Of a DNA stretch of 25,814 nucleotides, positions 1 to 10,500 are shown piece after piece (the first letter of the stretch is position 1; each line of letters starts with the position of its first letter). The notes below the pieces were generated by a model. The model made no database searches. It was not told the origin of the DNA and saw nothing but the letters and a program-made list of their open reading frames with translations. The stretch comes from Candidatus Heimdallarchaeota archaeon. Lineage in GTDB: Archaea; Asgardarchaeota; Heimdallarchaeia; Hodarchaeales; Hodarchaeaceae. The stretch is from contig CP070695.1 of assembly GCA_020353515.1 (NCBI GenBank), positions 3,366,136 to 3,391,949 of the forward strand. Reading direction: 5' to 3'. A program made the translations under genes and the position numbers.

Positions 1-1
1 C

Positions 2-310
2 CGCGTTTTTTCTGCTAGCAACGGAGAAGAAGCAATAGAATTTCTGGAGACTGATTCAGAAAAACCAGATCTTATCCTTTTAGACGTCCTTATGCCTAAA
101 AAAAACGGATTAGAAGTTTGTAAATGGATAAAAGAAAGCCCCAAATTGAGGGAGATCCCCGTTTTACTATTTACTGCAAAAGTGGGCAAAAAAGATAGAG
201 TTGCAGGAGAGGCAGCAGGGGCAGATGCCTATATAAACAAACCCTTCAGTGCAGATGACTTACTGAATCTGATAAAAACTCATCTCGAGAAATCAAAGAA
301 TGTAGCATAA
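2..310 (+). CDS. Response regulator receiver (CheY-like) domain protein, 5'-truncated by the window edge
   Basis: The frame is open from position 2 (RVFSASNGEEAIEFLETDSEKPDLILLDVLMPKKNGLEVC). It has the phosphoacceptor Asp in DLILLDVLMP, the conserved T-A (FTAK) and K-P-F (YINKPF). The ORF-track Met at 92 is internal. Confidence 0.9.
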   Translation, partial: RVFSASNGEEAIEFLETDSEKPDLILLDVLMPKKNGLEVCKWIKESPKLREIPVLLFTAKVGKKDRVAGEAAGADAYINKPFSADDLLNLIKTHLEKSKNVA

Positions 311-315
311 GGTAG

Positions 316-642
316 TTATCCCCTTAAGATTTCTTGAATAAACACATCTGCATTGGGGAGAAGTTTTACAATTTCCTGAAAAAAACTTGGAGAATATTCA
401 ACTACTCGAAAAGTAACCTCAAAAAATACTTCTTGGATAACCACAGAGATGTGAATATCTAAGCTTAGTTTTCTTTTCTCAAGAAATCTTAATTTAAGAT
501 CAAACCTTTTTAATATTGGAAAACACTTCAGAAAATTCTCTTTAGTTACCACATAGAGAATGTTTTGTGGTGTATTTTGAATCGCAGCCATAAAACTACA
601 TTTCTGGTTCAAAATGGATGTCAAAGTATCAAGACTTGTCAC
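316..642 (-). CDS. Hypothetical protein, possible divergent NADH dehydrogenase subunit C (NuoC/EchD)-like fold
   Basis: 108-aa ORF whose start abuts the FAH stop (643-645), suggesting coupling. VVTKENFLKCFPILKR...VTFRV...EIVKLLPNADVFIQEI resembles the NuoC pattern (SI..hhP.A.W.ERE) but is degenerate. Confidence 0.5.
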   Translation of the reverse strand: MTSLDTLTSILNQKCSFMAAIQNTPQNILYVVTKENFLKCFPILKRFDLKLRFLEKRKLSLDIHISVVIQEVFFEVTFRVVEYSPSFFQEIVKLLPNADVFIQEILRG

Positions 643-1437
643 TTATATTACGCCAACCTCAAGTGTTCCAATGGACTCAATTGTAGCACTAATTTTATCT
701 CCTTTCTGTACTGGTCCAACTCCAGCAGGAGTACCTGTTGCTATCAAATCCCCTTCCTCCAACGTGGTTATAGAACTACAATAACTTATAATTCGCTCGA
801 TACTGAAAATCATGTCTTTAGTATTTCCTTTCTGCTTAATTTGACCATTAATACTTAGTTCCAAATCAAGATTCTGAGGATATTTTATTTCATCCGATGT
901 TACTATAACTGGTCCAATTGGAGAAAATGTATCAAAACCCTTAGAGGGAAACCAAGGGCGCCCTTTTTTCTTTGCTAAAGCTTGGATATCTCGAGCAGTC
1001 ATATCGAGTAATATAGTATAACCAAAAATAAAATCAAAGCTGTCCTCTACAGAGATATTTTTCCCTTTCTTTGATATTACTACTGCCAATTCAACTTCAT
1101 GATCCACTTGTTGAGCTTGAGGAGGGAAAATGATATTTTCACCTGGTCCGATTAAAGCAGATTGTGGTTTCAAAAAAAGATCTGGATGTGGTGGTAGATT
1201 CTCTGGTTCAACTCCCATTTCTTTTGCATGAGCAGGATAATTTTTTGCTAAGCAGATTATCTTAGAGGACTTGATTGGGAGCTCGAGAGGAGGAGGACTC
1301 TTCAGCTCCTCATATTCTTGTTGGTTTATGCACTCACGATCACGGATAACTAGACCGATATTTCTTAAGTTGGGGTACCTTCTAATGTGGTTGTTTTCCC
1401 AAACAACTATCGCACCTTCATTCATACCAATTCGCAC
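643..1437 (-). CDS. Fumarylacetoacetate hydrolase (FAH) family protein
   Basis: Motifs KIICLAKNYPAH, LFLKP, DHEVELAVVI, DMTARDIQ, SKGFDTFSPIGP and GDLIATGTPAGVG. The GTG start is preceded by a GGAGGA Shine-Dalgarno (complement TCCTCC, 1445-1450). Confidence 0.95.
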   Translation of the reverse strand: MRIGMNEGAIVVWENNHIRRYPNLRNIGLVIRDRECINQQEYEELKSPPPLELPIKSSKIICLAKNYPAHAKEMGVEPENLPPHPDLFLKPQSALIGPGENIIFPPQAQQVDHEVELAVVISKKGKNISVEDSFDFIFGYTILLDMTARDIQALAKKKGRPWFPSKGFDTFSPIGPVIVTSDEIKYPQNLDLELSINGQIKQKGNTKDMIFSIERIISYCSSITTLEEGDLIATGTPAGVGPVQKGDKISATIESIGTLEVGVI

Positions 1438-1651
1438 GATTTATTCCTCCATGAAACCTTTTATGCCGTAAAATAGCTTATAAGATGTCAAATACACTCC
1501 ACATCAATAATAGCGCTATTAATGGTTGAAAGTTTTCTTTTTTTGATGGTGCAAGTCCAAAATACAATAAAAATTAAACCTTTTGACCTAAAACTGAAAC
1601 ACCAAGAAATCAGATAAGATTCGTATATAGTAAGAAGGATGAGGAATATCA

Positions 1652-2575
1652 ATGAAATCTTTAGTCACTGGTGGTGCAGGATTTGTAGGTAGCCATTTAA
1701 TTGAACGCTTATTATTGGAAAAGCATTCTGTGGTTTGCTTGGACGATTTTAGTAGTGGAAAGGAGAAAAATTTGGAAAGTATTAGGGATAAAATCAAAAT
1801 TGTTGAAGGAGATATAAGAGATATTGATATCGTCCAAAAAATTGTCATTGATGTTGATTACGTATTTCATTTAGCAGCTCAAACATCTGTTACTCGCTCT
1901 GTACGAGAACCACAATATGATGCTTCTGTGAACATTGAAGGGACGATCAATCTTCTAGAAGCAATAAAGGAATGTTCAGTGAAACGAATCATATTCATGT
2001 CAACAGGTGGAGCGATTTATGGTGAACCTATATCTCTCCCTGCCACAGAAAGCACTATGGAAGAACCTATTTCCCCATATGGTCTTAGTAAATTAACAGC
2101 GGAAAAGTATTTGCATTTCTATAGTAAGGCTTATGGTCTCTCATATGTAATTCTCCGCCCCGCTAATATTTATGGACCAAGACAAGATCCTCATGGTGAA
2201 GCTGGAGTAATATCTATCTTTTTGGAAAAAATAAAAACTAATAAACCCCTTGAAATATTTGGAGACGGGAAGGACACACGAGATTATGTATATGTAAAAG
2301 ATATTGCTGAAATTTGCATCAACGCGATGAATTCCTCTCAAACCGATGTTTTTAATGCTGGAACAGGAAATCAAACAAGTTTATTAGAATTGATCAAAAC
2401 GATTGAATACGTAACAAAAGTCGAAGCAGATAAAAAATTTTGTGATCCACGCCCAGGAGACGTTCATTATATAGCATTAGACTCACTCAAAGCGTATGAG
2501 AAATTAGGTTGGAAACCAACTACAGACTTGACAATTGGAATACATAAGACCTGGGATTGGTTTTTAACGACATAA
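1652..2575 (+). CDS. galE: NAD-dependent epimerase/dehydratase (UDP-glucose 4-epimerase-like, extended SDR)
   Basis: Rossmann motif TGGAGFVG, HLAAQ, catalytic YGLSK (YxxxK), NIYGPRQ, RDYVYV and PRPGD, with GAGG upstream of the ATG. The exact sugar-nucleotide substrate is uncertain. Confidence 0.88.
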   Translation: MKSLVTGGAGFVGSHLIERLLLEKHSVVCLDDFSSGKEKNLESIRDKIKIVEGDIRDIDIVQKIVIDVDYVFHLAAQTSVTRSVREPQYDASVNIEGTINLLEAIKECSVKRIIFMSTGGAIYGEPISLPATESTMEEPISPYGLSKLTAEKYLHFYSKAYGLSYVILRPANIYGPRQDPHGEAGVISIFLEKIKTNKPLEIFGDGKDTRDYVYVKDIAEICINAMNSSQTDVFNAGTGNQTSLLELIKTIEYVTKVEADKKFCDPRPGDVHYIALDSLKAYEKLGWKPTTDLTIGIHKTWDWFLTT

Positions 2576-2589
2576 CAGACTTCTTACTT

Positions 2590-3585
2590 TTAATGAGGAA
2601 GTAATTCCTTCACTTTCTTTTTTTGTTCCAATAACCAATTTGCATCTAGCTCATTAAATCCAAAGTGGTTCCAAAATGAACCAACTACCCATGGATCCAA
2701 TTTCACTTCGCTTCTTGGATTTTGAGCCACCAACCAATACGCCTGCCATAATTCAGCTACAGCAGTTTCAAAAAGTCGTGTTGTTACTTTTGTATCACTC
2801 TTTTGGCACTGATTTAAGCGTCGTTCTGATTCATTAATGGATACAAAAGCTGCCAATATCCACATCTCTCTATTTGTTCTTACATTCACCTTGTACAGGT
2901 GATCTGCTAATGTTTCTAACTCCTTTCGAGCTTTCTCGAGTTTTTCATAATCGAAAGATGAGATTCTAAGTAGATCAGCAAAAAAAGTGTAAAGCTCATC
3001 ATCAAAATCTCTTAAAACATCCAATAGGAGTGTTGCAGTTCCAATCTTAAACGCATTTGTCTGCATCAATGGAACGCAAATTGCTTCCTCTGCGGCTTTG
3101 ATTAACCAGATATATGCATCTGCAAACATATCTTCTTTGATTCTATTATTCATTCGATCTAACAACAGCTGAGTTGTTTGACGCTTTAAGTCGATTAGAT
3201 TCGGATCCCATTCAATGTGAGGAGCTTGATCCATCCACAGTTGCATCTTCCCATGAGGATCATAAATAATATCAGAATCTCGTAAAATGCGCATAACAGT
3301 GGCAACTTGCCAGTAGGGGACATTTTCTTTCCCTCCTAGGACATCCGAAAAAAATGAGGGGGGAGCATACGTCACTTTTATCTCCACATCATCTGGAATG
3401 TTAGTCATATCAGTGATAGTCGTTTCTTTTAGATCACGTACGTTTTCCCTGACAGCCCAGAGATTAATTCGTGAGTCAAACTGCTCAAAATCGTCATGTA
3501 CTAAAAGTCGCCCCTGTTCTTGGTCTTTGGCCTCTATTTTCTCCAAGAGAGTCTCAATGATTCTATTGATGATCTCAGTTTTCAA
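2590..3585 (-). CDS. Nucleotidyltransferase-fold protein with degenerate catalytic motif plus C-terminal helical bundles
   Basis: 331-aa ORF with a TTG start and GGGGA upstream. LLVHDDFEQFDSRINLWAV aligns by eye to the Pol-beta NTase hGS..SDIDLhh motif. ILRDSDIIYDPHG matches the end of MNT/KNTase domains. The C-terminal half looks helical. Confidence 0.55.
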   Translation of the reverse strand: MKTEIINRIIETLLEKIEAKDQEQGRLLVHDDFEQFDSRINLWAVRENVRDLKETTITDMTNIPDDVEIKVTYAPPSFFSDVLGGKENVPYWQVATVMRILRDSDIIYDPHGKMQLWMDQAPHIEWDPNLIDLKRQTTQLLLDRMNNRIKEDMFADAYIWLIKAAEEAICVPLMQTNAFKIGTATLLLDVLRDFDDELYTFFADLLRISSFDYEKLEKARKELETLADHLYKVNVRTNREMWILAAFVSINESERRLNQCQKSDTKVTTRLFETAVAELWQAYWLVAQNPRSEVKLDPWVVGSFWNHFGFNELDANWLLEQKKKVKELLPH

Positions 3586-3666
3586 CTAGTGATCCCCAAG
3601 TAAATTGTTAAACATTAGGAATCTATTAAATTTTCATTAAAAATTCTATTCATTGTTACTCATACG

Positions 3667-6018
3667 GTGAATTATGTGAATAGACTTCTGATTTTAGCAC
3701 CTATACTTCTTTTTGTTTCATGTTTATCTATACCGATGGTTATTTGTCCGAGTAATAATGTTATAATATCCTTAAAACAACCTCAATTTGAAAATAGAGT
3801 TATTAGTGCAACGCTCACGGTACTTGTTGTTCTCATGGAGTTACCTGATGATCCCCACTATGCTACGCATACGCTTCAATATTTTGAAGATTTATTCTTC
3901 TCAACTACAAGTATGAGTGTCCATCAATACTTTAAAAATACCACTTATGAAGAAGTTATCTTGGAAGGAGAGGTACTTGGATGGTATCAGGCTGAACATG
4001 ATTTAGCATATTATGGGGCTGGAGGAAGACTTGAAAATGTTGATATTCGTCCAGATTACCTTGTGAATGAATCTCGTGCTCAAGCTTTAAGCGCTGGTAA
4101 GGATCCAGCGGATTATGATCTTTTTATTGTGATCCACTCTGGGGATGGTCAGGAATACTCTGGTAATTCAGACGATATTTGGTCACACAAATTTGATCTT
4201 AGACGGTTTGAATTGGGTTCTGTTGAATACTCAATAAATCACGAATTCGTGACATATATTACTCCCTCACATGAACTTGGGCATGAACTCTACTTTCCAG
4301 ATTTATACGATCATGCAAATAATTTTCAGCACATTTTTGCTGGTCCATATTGTCTCATGGCCTACGGGGAAGGCCATTTTTCCATTTGGAATAAATATTA
4401 CAGTCATGTTTCAAGAATGGATTCAGCTCAGCTTCTTAACGATACGTATCGCCTACAGATCTCCAATTTTACAAATGATACGATAGTTACAGTAAACCCA
4501 ATTGCTATTCCTGAACCTACAGGTATTATGTGGCTTGAACTCGCATGGAATTCCTCAGGATTCTCTAATCAAGATCTTGGTAGAGGATGGATAGTTACTG
4601 TGCGAGAAAATGTGGATTACGACAGATTTCTACCGAAATATGGTGTCATTATTGCGAAAATACAGGTTGGCCACCGGACTTCCCAGATTCAAACTGATCA
4701 ACTCTATCCTAATGTTTACCCACCTATGAATGTGATTGACGCCCATCCAGAAACAACTGAAAACAAAGAAGATGCTGCATTTTCTTTGGCTAACGGAGAC
4801 GTTGGAACCTATTCAGGAGAAGAGTGGGCTGTACAACTAATTGAAAAGTTTGATAATTTATCATACTCTCTGCGTGTGACAGATAAAATCAATATACCAA
4901 AAGTAGAGGTTTTCAAGCCTAGTCAATCAGTAAAGGGGGAGCATGATTTCATTATCTCAGCTTCAACTGACTCCTCTTATTCAATATCTCAAACAGAAAT
5001 TTCAATCGATAATGGCCCATGGTTGAAATGTACACCTCATCCAGATTTGGATGGAAATTTCTCATTTAGGTTGAATACATTAGAGCTAAGAGAGGGAACG
5101 CATCTCATTCGAGCGCGAGCTAAAGATAACGCCAGTATTCCTTATGTTGGTTACTCTCTCTTCACAACTTTTGAAGTTGATAATAGTGATGGCCTGATAC
5201 TTGTAATAGATGACGATCTAGGGCGCTCTTCAGAGTTAAGTGTACTTTCAGCTTTAGATGAAATGGGTTACTTTGGACAATATGAAGTTGTGCGAACTAC
5301 CTCATTAACCGAATCAGAAATAACTGCAGAGGCAATGATGGACTATGAATCTATTATTTGGGTAGGAAATCCGTCAATTACTCCAATAATTAACTCTCAC
5401 ATCAATCACAATGAATTCAAAGAAATTAAAAGATATTTGGATTCATCCACAATAGATAATCCTTCCCGTATTATCTTTATGTCAAATTACAATATTTTTG
5501 ATTTTAGTAATCAAGGATCAAATGTACACAATGAAATAGATGATATTTTTCGAGCACGAAGTCCAACGAACTTCCGCGCCCCTGTATCATTATTACAGGG
5601 CTTTAATTTTCTAAAAGATCTTTCTTCTTTCACATTGGGTTCTACAGACTCTGTACGTGCAAATCGAAGCAGTGATGGAGAAGTTGTTACATTATTATCT
5701 GGAGCTGTACCTATTCTTAAGGATAAGAATCCTGAGTTCCAAGGTTATGCTACCAAAGGATATTTTGTCGATAATGGCAAATATAAACTGATCAATTTTC
5801 TTTTTCAACCTGAATTGGTCCCTGATACAGTCTTACCTCAACTTCTTCATCTTTCTTTGATTTACCTCTCTGAACCTAACAACTCTACATTCACAACATT
5901 CACTACTACATCATCAAATAAAATTCCCTCTACTAGTGGAATAGAACCGTTTCACTTCTTTGGAATGCTAATAATTGGAGTTTGCTGCCTACTGACTATG
6001 AGGAAATTCAATGAATAG
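3667..6018 (+). CDS. Membrane-anchored M6 family (immune inhibitor A-like) zinc metalloprotease with Ig-like and accessory domains
   Basis: N-terminal signal/TM segment; IVIHSGDGQE and DDIWSH; zinc motif HELGHELYFPDLYD (from 4270); Met-turn YCLMAYG; Ig-like segment (IDNGPW...LNTLELREGTHLIRARAKD); C-terminal Thr/Ser linker + TM + RK. Confidence 0.88.
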   Translation: MNYVNRLLILAPILLFVSCLSIPMVICPSNNVIISLKQPQFENRVISATLTVLVVLMELPDDPHYATHTLQYFEDLFFSTTSMSVHQYFKNTTYEEVILEGEVLGWYQAEHDLAYYGAGGRLENVDIRPDYLVNESRAQALSAGKDPADYDLFIVIHSGDGQEYSGNSDDIWSHKFDLRRFELGSVEYSINHEFVTYITPSHELGHELYFPDLYDHANNFQHIFAGPYCLMAYGEGHFSIWNKYYSHVSRMDSAQLLNDTYRLQISNFTNDTIVTVNPIAIPEPTGIMWLELAWNSSGFSNQDLGRGWIVTVRENVDYDRFLPKYGVIIAKIQVGHRTSQIQTDQLYPNVYPPMNVIDAHPETTENKEDAAFSLANGDVGTYSGEEWAVQLIEKFDNLSYSLRVTDKINIPKVEVFKPSQSVKGEHDFIISASTDSSYSISQTEISIDNGPWLKCTPHPDLDGNFSFRLNTLELREGTHLIRARAKDNASIPYVGYSLFTTFEVDNSDGLILVIDDDLGRSSELSVLSALDEMGYFGQYEVVRTTSLTESEITAEAMMDYESIIWVGNPSITPIINSHINHNEFKEIKRYLDSSTIDNPSRIIFMSNYNIFDFSNQGSNVHNEIDDIFRARSPTNFRAPVSLLQGFNFLKDLSSFTLGSTDSVRANRSSDGEVVTLLSGAVPILKDKNPEFQGYATKGYFVDNGKYKLINFLFQPELVPDTVLPQLLHLSLIYLSEPNNSTFTTFTTTSSNKIPSTSGIEPFHFFGMLIIGVCCLLTMRKFNE

Positions 6019-6102
6019 TGCTAAAGGGATTTCGTCCATAGAAGAAAAAAATAGATAATATTATTATTACAATATAGAGTTATTTGAGAGCTGGTTACAC
6101 AA

Positions 6103-7041
6103 TTAGTCTTTTGTAGAGGAACTCGATATATCATATTTGATATCTAGATATATACCAAAAAGAATGAAAAACCCTCCAATTAAAGTGATTGGTGGTAATA
6201 CTTGTAGGAATATTATCCAAGCTAGAATTGAAGCTCCTACAGTTTCCCCAATAACTGCTAAAGAAACAGTCTGAGCTGATATATGTTTCATTGCATATGT
6301 ATACATTGCATGCCCCAAAAGACTGGGTCCTATAGCTAATGCAATAAACAGCACCATATCATTTAAAGTGAAAGTGAGAATGTTTTCTCCTAAAATTACT
6401 GCAAAAATGAAAAGAAATAATGAACAGAAAGAGTTAACAAAGAAAACATAAGGGATATTAGGTACAGTATGATGTGCCCGCATCCGTTTTCCTATTATAA
6501 AATAGCAAGCTACCATGATTGCTCCAAACGAAGCTAATAAAATCCCCTCAGGCAGTATTATTGAAGATTGTTGGGAATCTGAGGCTAAAGAAATTAACAG
6601 TAACCCTCCAAATCCAAGAATTAGGCCAATTAATTGATAAAAAGTAATTTTCTCTCGTAGTAATGCAAAAGAAATAACAACAACCCAAATGGGAGAAGAA
6701 TTAACAATTAAAACAGACACAGCTACAGAGAGACCGAATATTGGATCCAAACTCGATATCCATGAAAGAAAATGGAGAGAAAGAAAGAGTCCAGATAATG
6801 CAAAAATACCCAAATAAGATTTGTCAATGAAAGGTTTAAATTGAATTCTAACATCTTTACGTGAAATAAAGGGAAGTAGAAACAAAACAGACAAGAACAA
6901 ACGCCAAAAAGCAATAACAACTGCTGGAATATTGTGGGGAGGATTCAATAATATTGTAATGAAGATTGACGCCCAGGATACAGCTACAGTGGCGATGATT
7001 AAGCTAATTTGGCATTGCGTCTTTGGTTGGAAATGTTTCAT
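6103..7041 (-). CDS. EamA/DMT family transporter
   Basis: About 10 hydrophobic segments in two repeats, with IAFWRL, LHFLSW, SSPIWV, LREKIT and GETVGASILAW motifs. The ATG at 7041 (MKHFQ) is preferred over the upstream TTG at 7092. Confidence 0.9.
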   Translation of the reverse strand: MKHFQPKTQCQISLIIATVAVSWASIFITILLNPPHNIPAVVIAFWRLFLSVLFLLPFISRKDVRIQFKPFIDKSYLGIFALSGLFLSLHFLSWISSLDPIFGLSVAVSVLIVNSSPIWVVVISFALLREKITFYQLIGLILGFGGLLLISLASDSQQSSIILPEGILLASFGAIMVACYFIIGKRMRAHHTVPNIPYVFFVNSFCSLFLFIFAVILGENILTFTLNDMVLFIALAIGPSLLGHAMYTYAMKHISAQTVSLAVIGETVGASILAWIIFLQVLPPITLIGGFFILFGIYLDIKYDISSSSTKD

Positions 7042-7543
7042 ATTATCACAGAAATAGGTAATAATGCTATTTTTACGAAAATTGTTTTTCAATATTTTTA
7101 CACTATCTTGAAGTGATAACTGAAAATGAACATTTTTTCATTTTGTTTTATTTATAAGCTCAACAATTAGCTTATTGCTGGTGTTAGCCTCCATTGTGAT
7201 GATCATGACCAAATAACTCTATCCCATTAGTTGTGAAGGTATTTGGGACTGCATTCGTTATGATATTAGATGTTCCCTTCACAGTGACTTTAAAAATGAT
7301 CCCCCCTTTGGATTTAAACAACACAACTACAAAATTCCGGCCTTATTTTTTTCATAAGGAACTATACTTGTCCAATTAAAATCTTTTTATTTTTACTGTA
7401 AGAAAATCCCAAAAAACATGATTAAATATTAAAAAAACTAATGTGGGAAATATTCCTTAATTAATTTTGAAAAATTATCCGAATTATTTGTCTAGAAAGG
7501 AATATAATTCACTAAACCAATTATAAATGGATAATTTACGAAA

Positions 7544-10500
7544 ATGCCTTTCTCTACTAGAATATTTGCATATAACAATTTAATCAAATCATTAGGTGTA
7601 AGCTTGAACCGTAGTAAAATTATATGGAAAAGATGTTCAAAACATTCATTTTTTTTGTTACTGTTATTTCTATACTTTTCTATGAATATAGTGATTTTTA
7701 TATGGGCTACGAATCATAAATCAGAGGATTCTACTGATATAAAAAATGTACCAGTTCCCATTTTACGAAGCATCACAAGCTTTGATAAGAATTTAAGCTA
7801 TACTTATTCTGAAAACGAGTATTTCCAGCTTGTTTCGAACATTAATCATTTATCAAAAAATAAGTCAATGTTACCCCAAACTACAGAACCTGCTAACTCA
7901 GAAGAAATAGTTAATTTTAATATTAAAGGTTCTATAAATGGAGAATGGGCTGATACTCGATGGAATCGTCGCAAAAATATTACTATTGATCAAAGAAAAG
8001 TTAATGGGGATTTAACAAATTTTACCTTGCTTTTAGATATTTTTGATGCTGATTTACAAGAATATGCACAGGAGGATGGAGGAGATATCATATTTACTCA
8101 GGCTAGTGGTGAAAAGTTAAATCATGAAATAGAAATCTATGATCAAACTGGTAACAGTACACATGCTCATTTAGTTGCCTGGGTACAGGTTGATCTCTAT
8201 AGTTACCAAGATACTTATATTTCCATGTATTTTGGCAATAGTACGGTTTCAAATCAGGAAAAACCAGAAAATGTGTGGAGTAATGATTATATCTCCGTAT
8301 GGCATTTAAGTGAGATTGGAAATGGTTCTATTAATGAATATATAGATAGTACAGCATATAATAATCATGGACAAGGAGGAGGGGGTATTCTAGAACAAAC
8401 TCCAAATCAAGTACCTGGTCAAATTGGGATGGGACAATTTCTTGATGGTATAGATGATCTCATTCAAATACCTAGTAGTTCAAGTTTATCTAATCCTAAA
8501 GAAGAAATGACGATTGAAGGATGGGTCTATTCTCCTGATGGAGCACCTGGTGGAAGTATTATATCTTCAACTGGTGAATTTGGCTTTAATTTTTTTGATA
8601 GCGAGATTTGGATTCTCCTAAATGGAACTGAGGTTCCATATTGGCATACTGGTCAATTTACTGGTTTTAATTGGCATCACTATGTTTTTACCTATGATGG
8701 CAACCTTAATTTGTTGTATATTGATGGTGAAGAAAGATCTGGGGGAAGTAATAAAGGTACCATTCAGAACACGGAACCACTGTATATTGGCTGGAATGAT
8801 TTTGTGTCGCACTTCACAAAAGGAATTATTGATGAAGTTCGTATATCAAATATCACTAAATCTCCTGAATGGATAATGACTGAATACAATAACCAGTTTG
8901 ATCCTTATAACTTTTATTTTGTTGGTCCTATGGAGATCTATGATGAAGAGCCTCCTTTAATAAATGATTTTGGAGTGGATGATTTAGGTGATGGTTCTCC
9001 TCAATTCTGGGTAGATATTACTGATGAAAAATCCTCTATCGATTTTGTAACATTGAAACTAAATCAAACATCACATAATATGACATTTGATACCGAAACA
9101 AATCTTTGGATTTATCAACCCTCTATAGTGGCTTTTAGGGATTCTTACTTTTATGAAATTAATAATGCTTCTGATATTTGGAGAAATTATCTTTCACTCC
9201 CTTCATCCCCAAAATTTGTTATGTTCAATTATGATTCAGTTCATCCTAATGTACTGAATTGGGAATATTTCTCTGATGAAGGTGAATATGGAACATTTAA
9301 AGCTAATGTATCTGATTCATGGGGAGTGATTGATACAGTGATTGTAAACATAACCCAAGGGACAGTATTAGAGGGATCACGTTGGGCTATTATGCAAGTT
9401 AACTCCACCTATATAAATGATACAATAATTTTGGGTTCTGGGCTATTTAAATATGTGATTACAGCTAATGATACAGCTGGAAATTCTTTCACCTCTAGTG
9501 AGCATCAAGGAACTGTTCCTATTACTAATCATGCTCCAATCGTTGAGAATATTACGTTTTCACGCGATCCATCTACACCTCTTCTACCAGTATATAGTAA
9601 TAACACCTTATATTTGTTGTATGATTTTTACGACCAAGATAATGACACTGAAGCAGGAACAGAAATCAGATGGTTTAAGGATGGAGTGCTTAAGACAGCC
9701 TATAACGATATGGTTGTAGTACCAAGTACTGCGTTTGTGAAGAATAATCAATGGAATGTCACAATCCGACCGAAAGATGGATTAGATTTTGGAAACATGA
9801 CTTCTAGTGATACTATTACCATTCAGAATACGGCTCCAACCGCTTCAGGAATATCTATCACCTTAAATCCCACAACTTGTGATGATATCGAAGCTAGCTG
9901 GACACCAACCGACCAAGATGGAGACAACCCGAATGACTATCTCAATGTCACCATTATCCATTGGTTCAAATGGAATGGCTCTGGGTGGGAGTTACAATCA
10001 TTATTAGGTAATTCGACTTCAGTGGGGTCTGGAAATACTACTAAAGATGATAATTGGCATTTTACTGTAAAAATATTTGATGGAGAAGATTATTCTATCG
10101 AATATTCTTCGTCAAACACTATAGTGGTCAATTCAATACCAGTAGTCATTGATCCTGTCTTCAATGTAAGCTCAGGTGTCTCTAGTTCATTATCCTTTAA
10201 AATTGACTATACATATAATGATATAGATAATGATTTAGAAAATTCAGGGAAGAGAATCGTATATTGGTACATTAATGGTACTTACAATTCTACATTTACC
10301 AATTTCACTGTTATTAATAGTATATATACTCACGAGGGGGATTTTTGGCAGTACAAGATTGCTGTGTATGATGGATATGATTATAGTATTAATTATACCT
10401 CATCGCTTCTAGGTATTGGTGACACCTTGAATACTCCACCAACGGTCACTTCTTGTAATCTTACGGAATCACCAACTACAATTGATTATCTAATTGCCTC

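Noticed and set aside
565-4486. Short alternative ORFs (565-858, 1271-1471, 1588-1848, 2141-2374, 3398-3589, 4271-4486)
   Set aside because: They are antisense or out-of-frame shadows of well-supported genes and carry no motifs.
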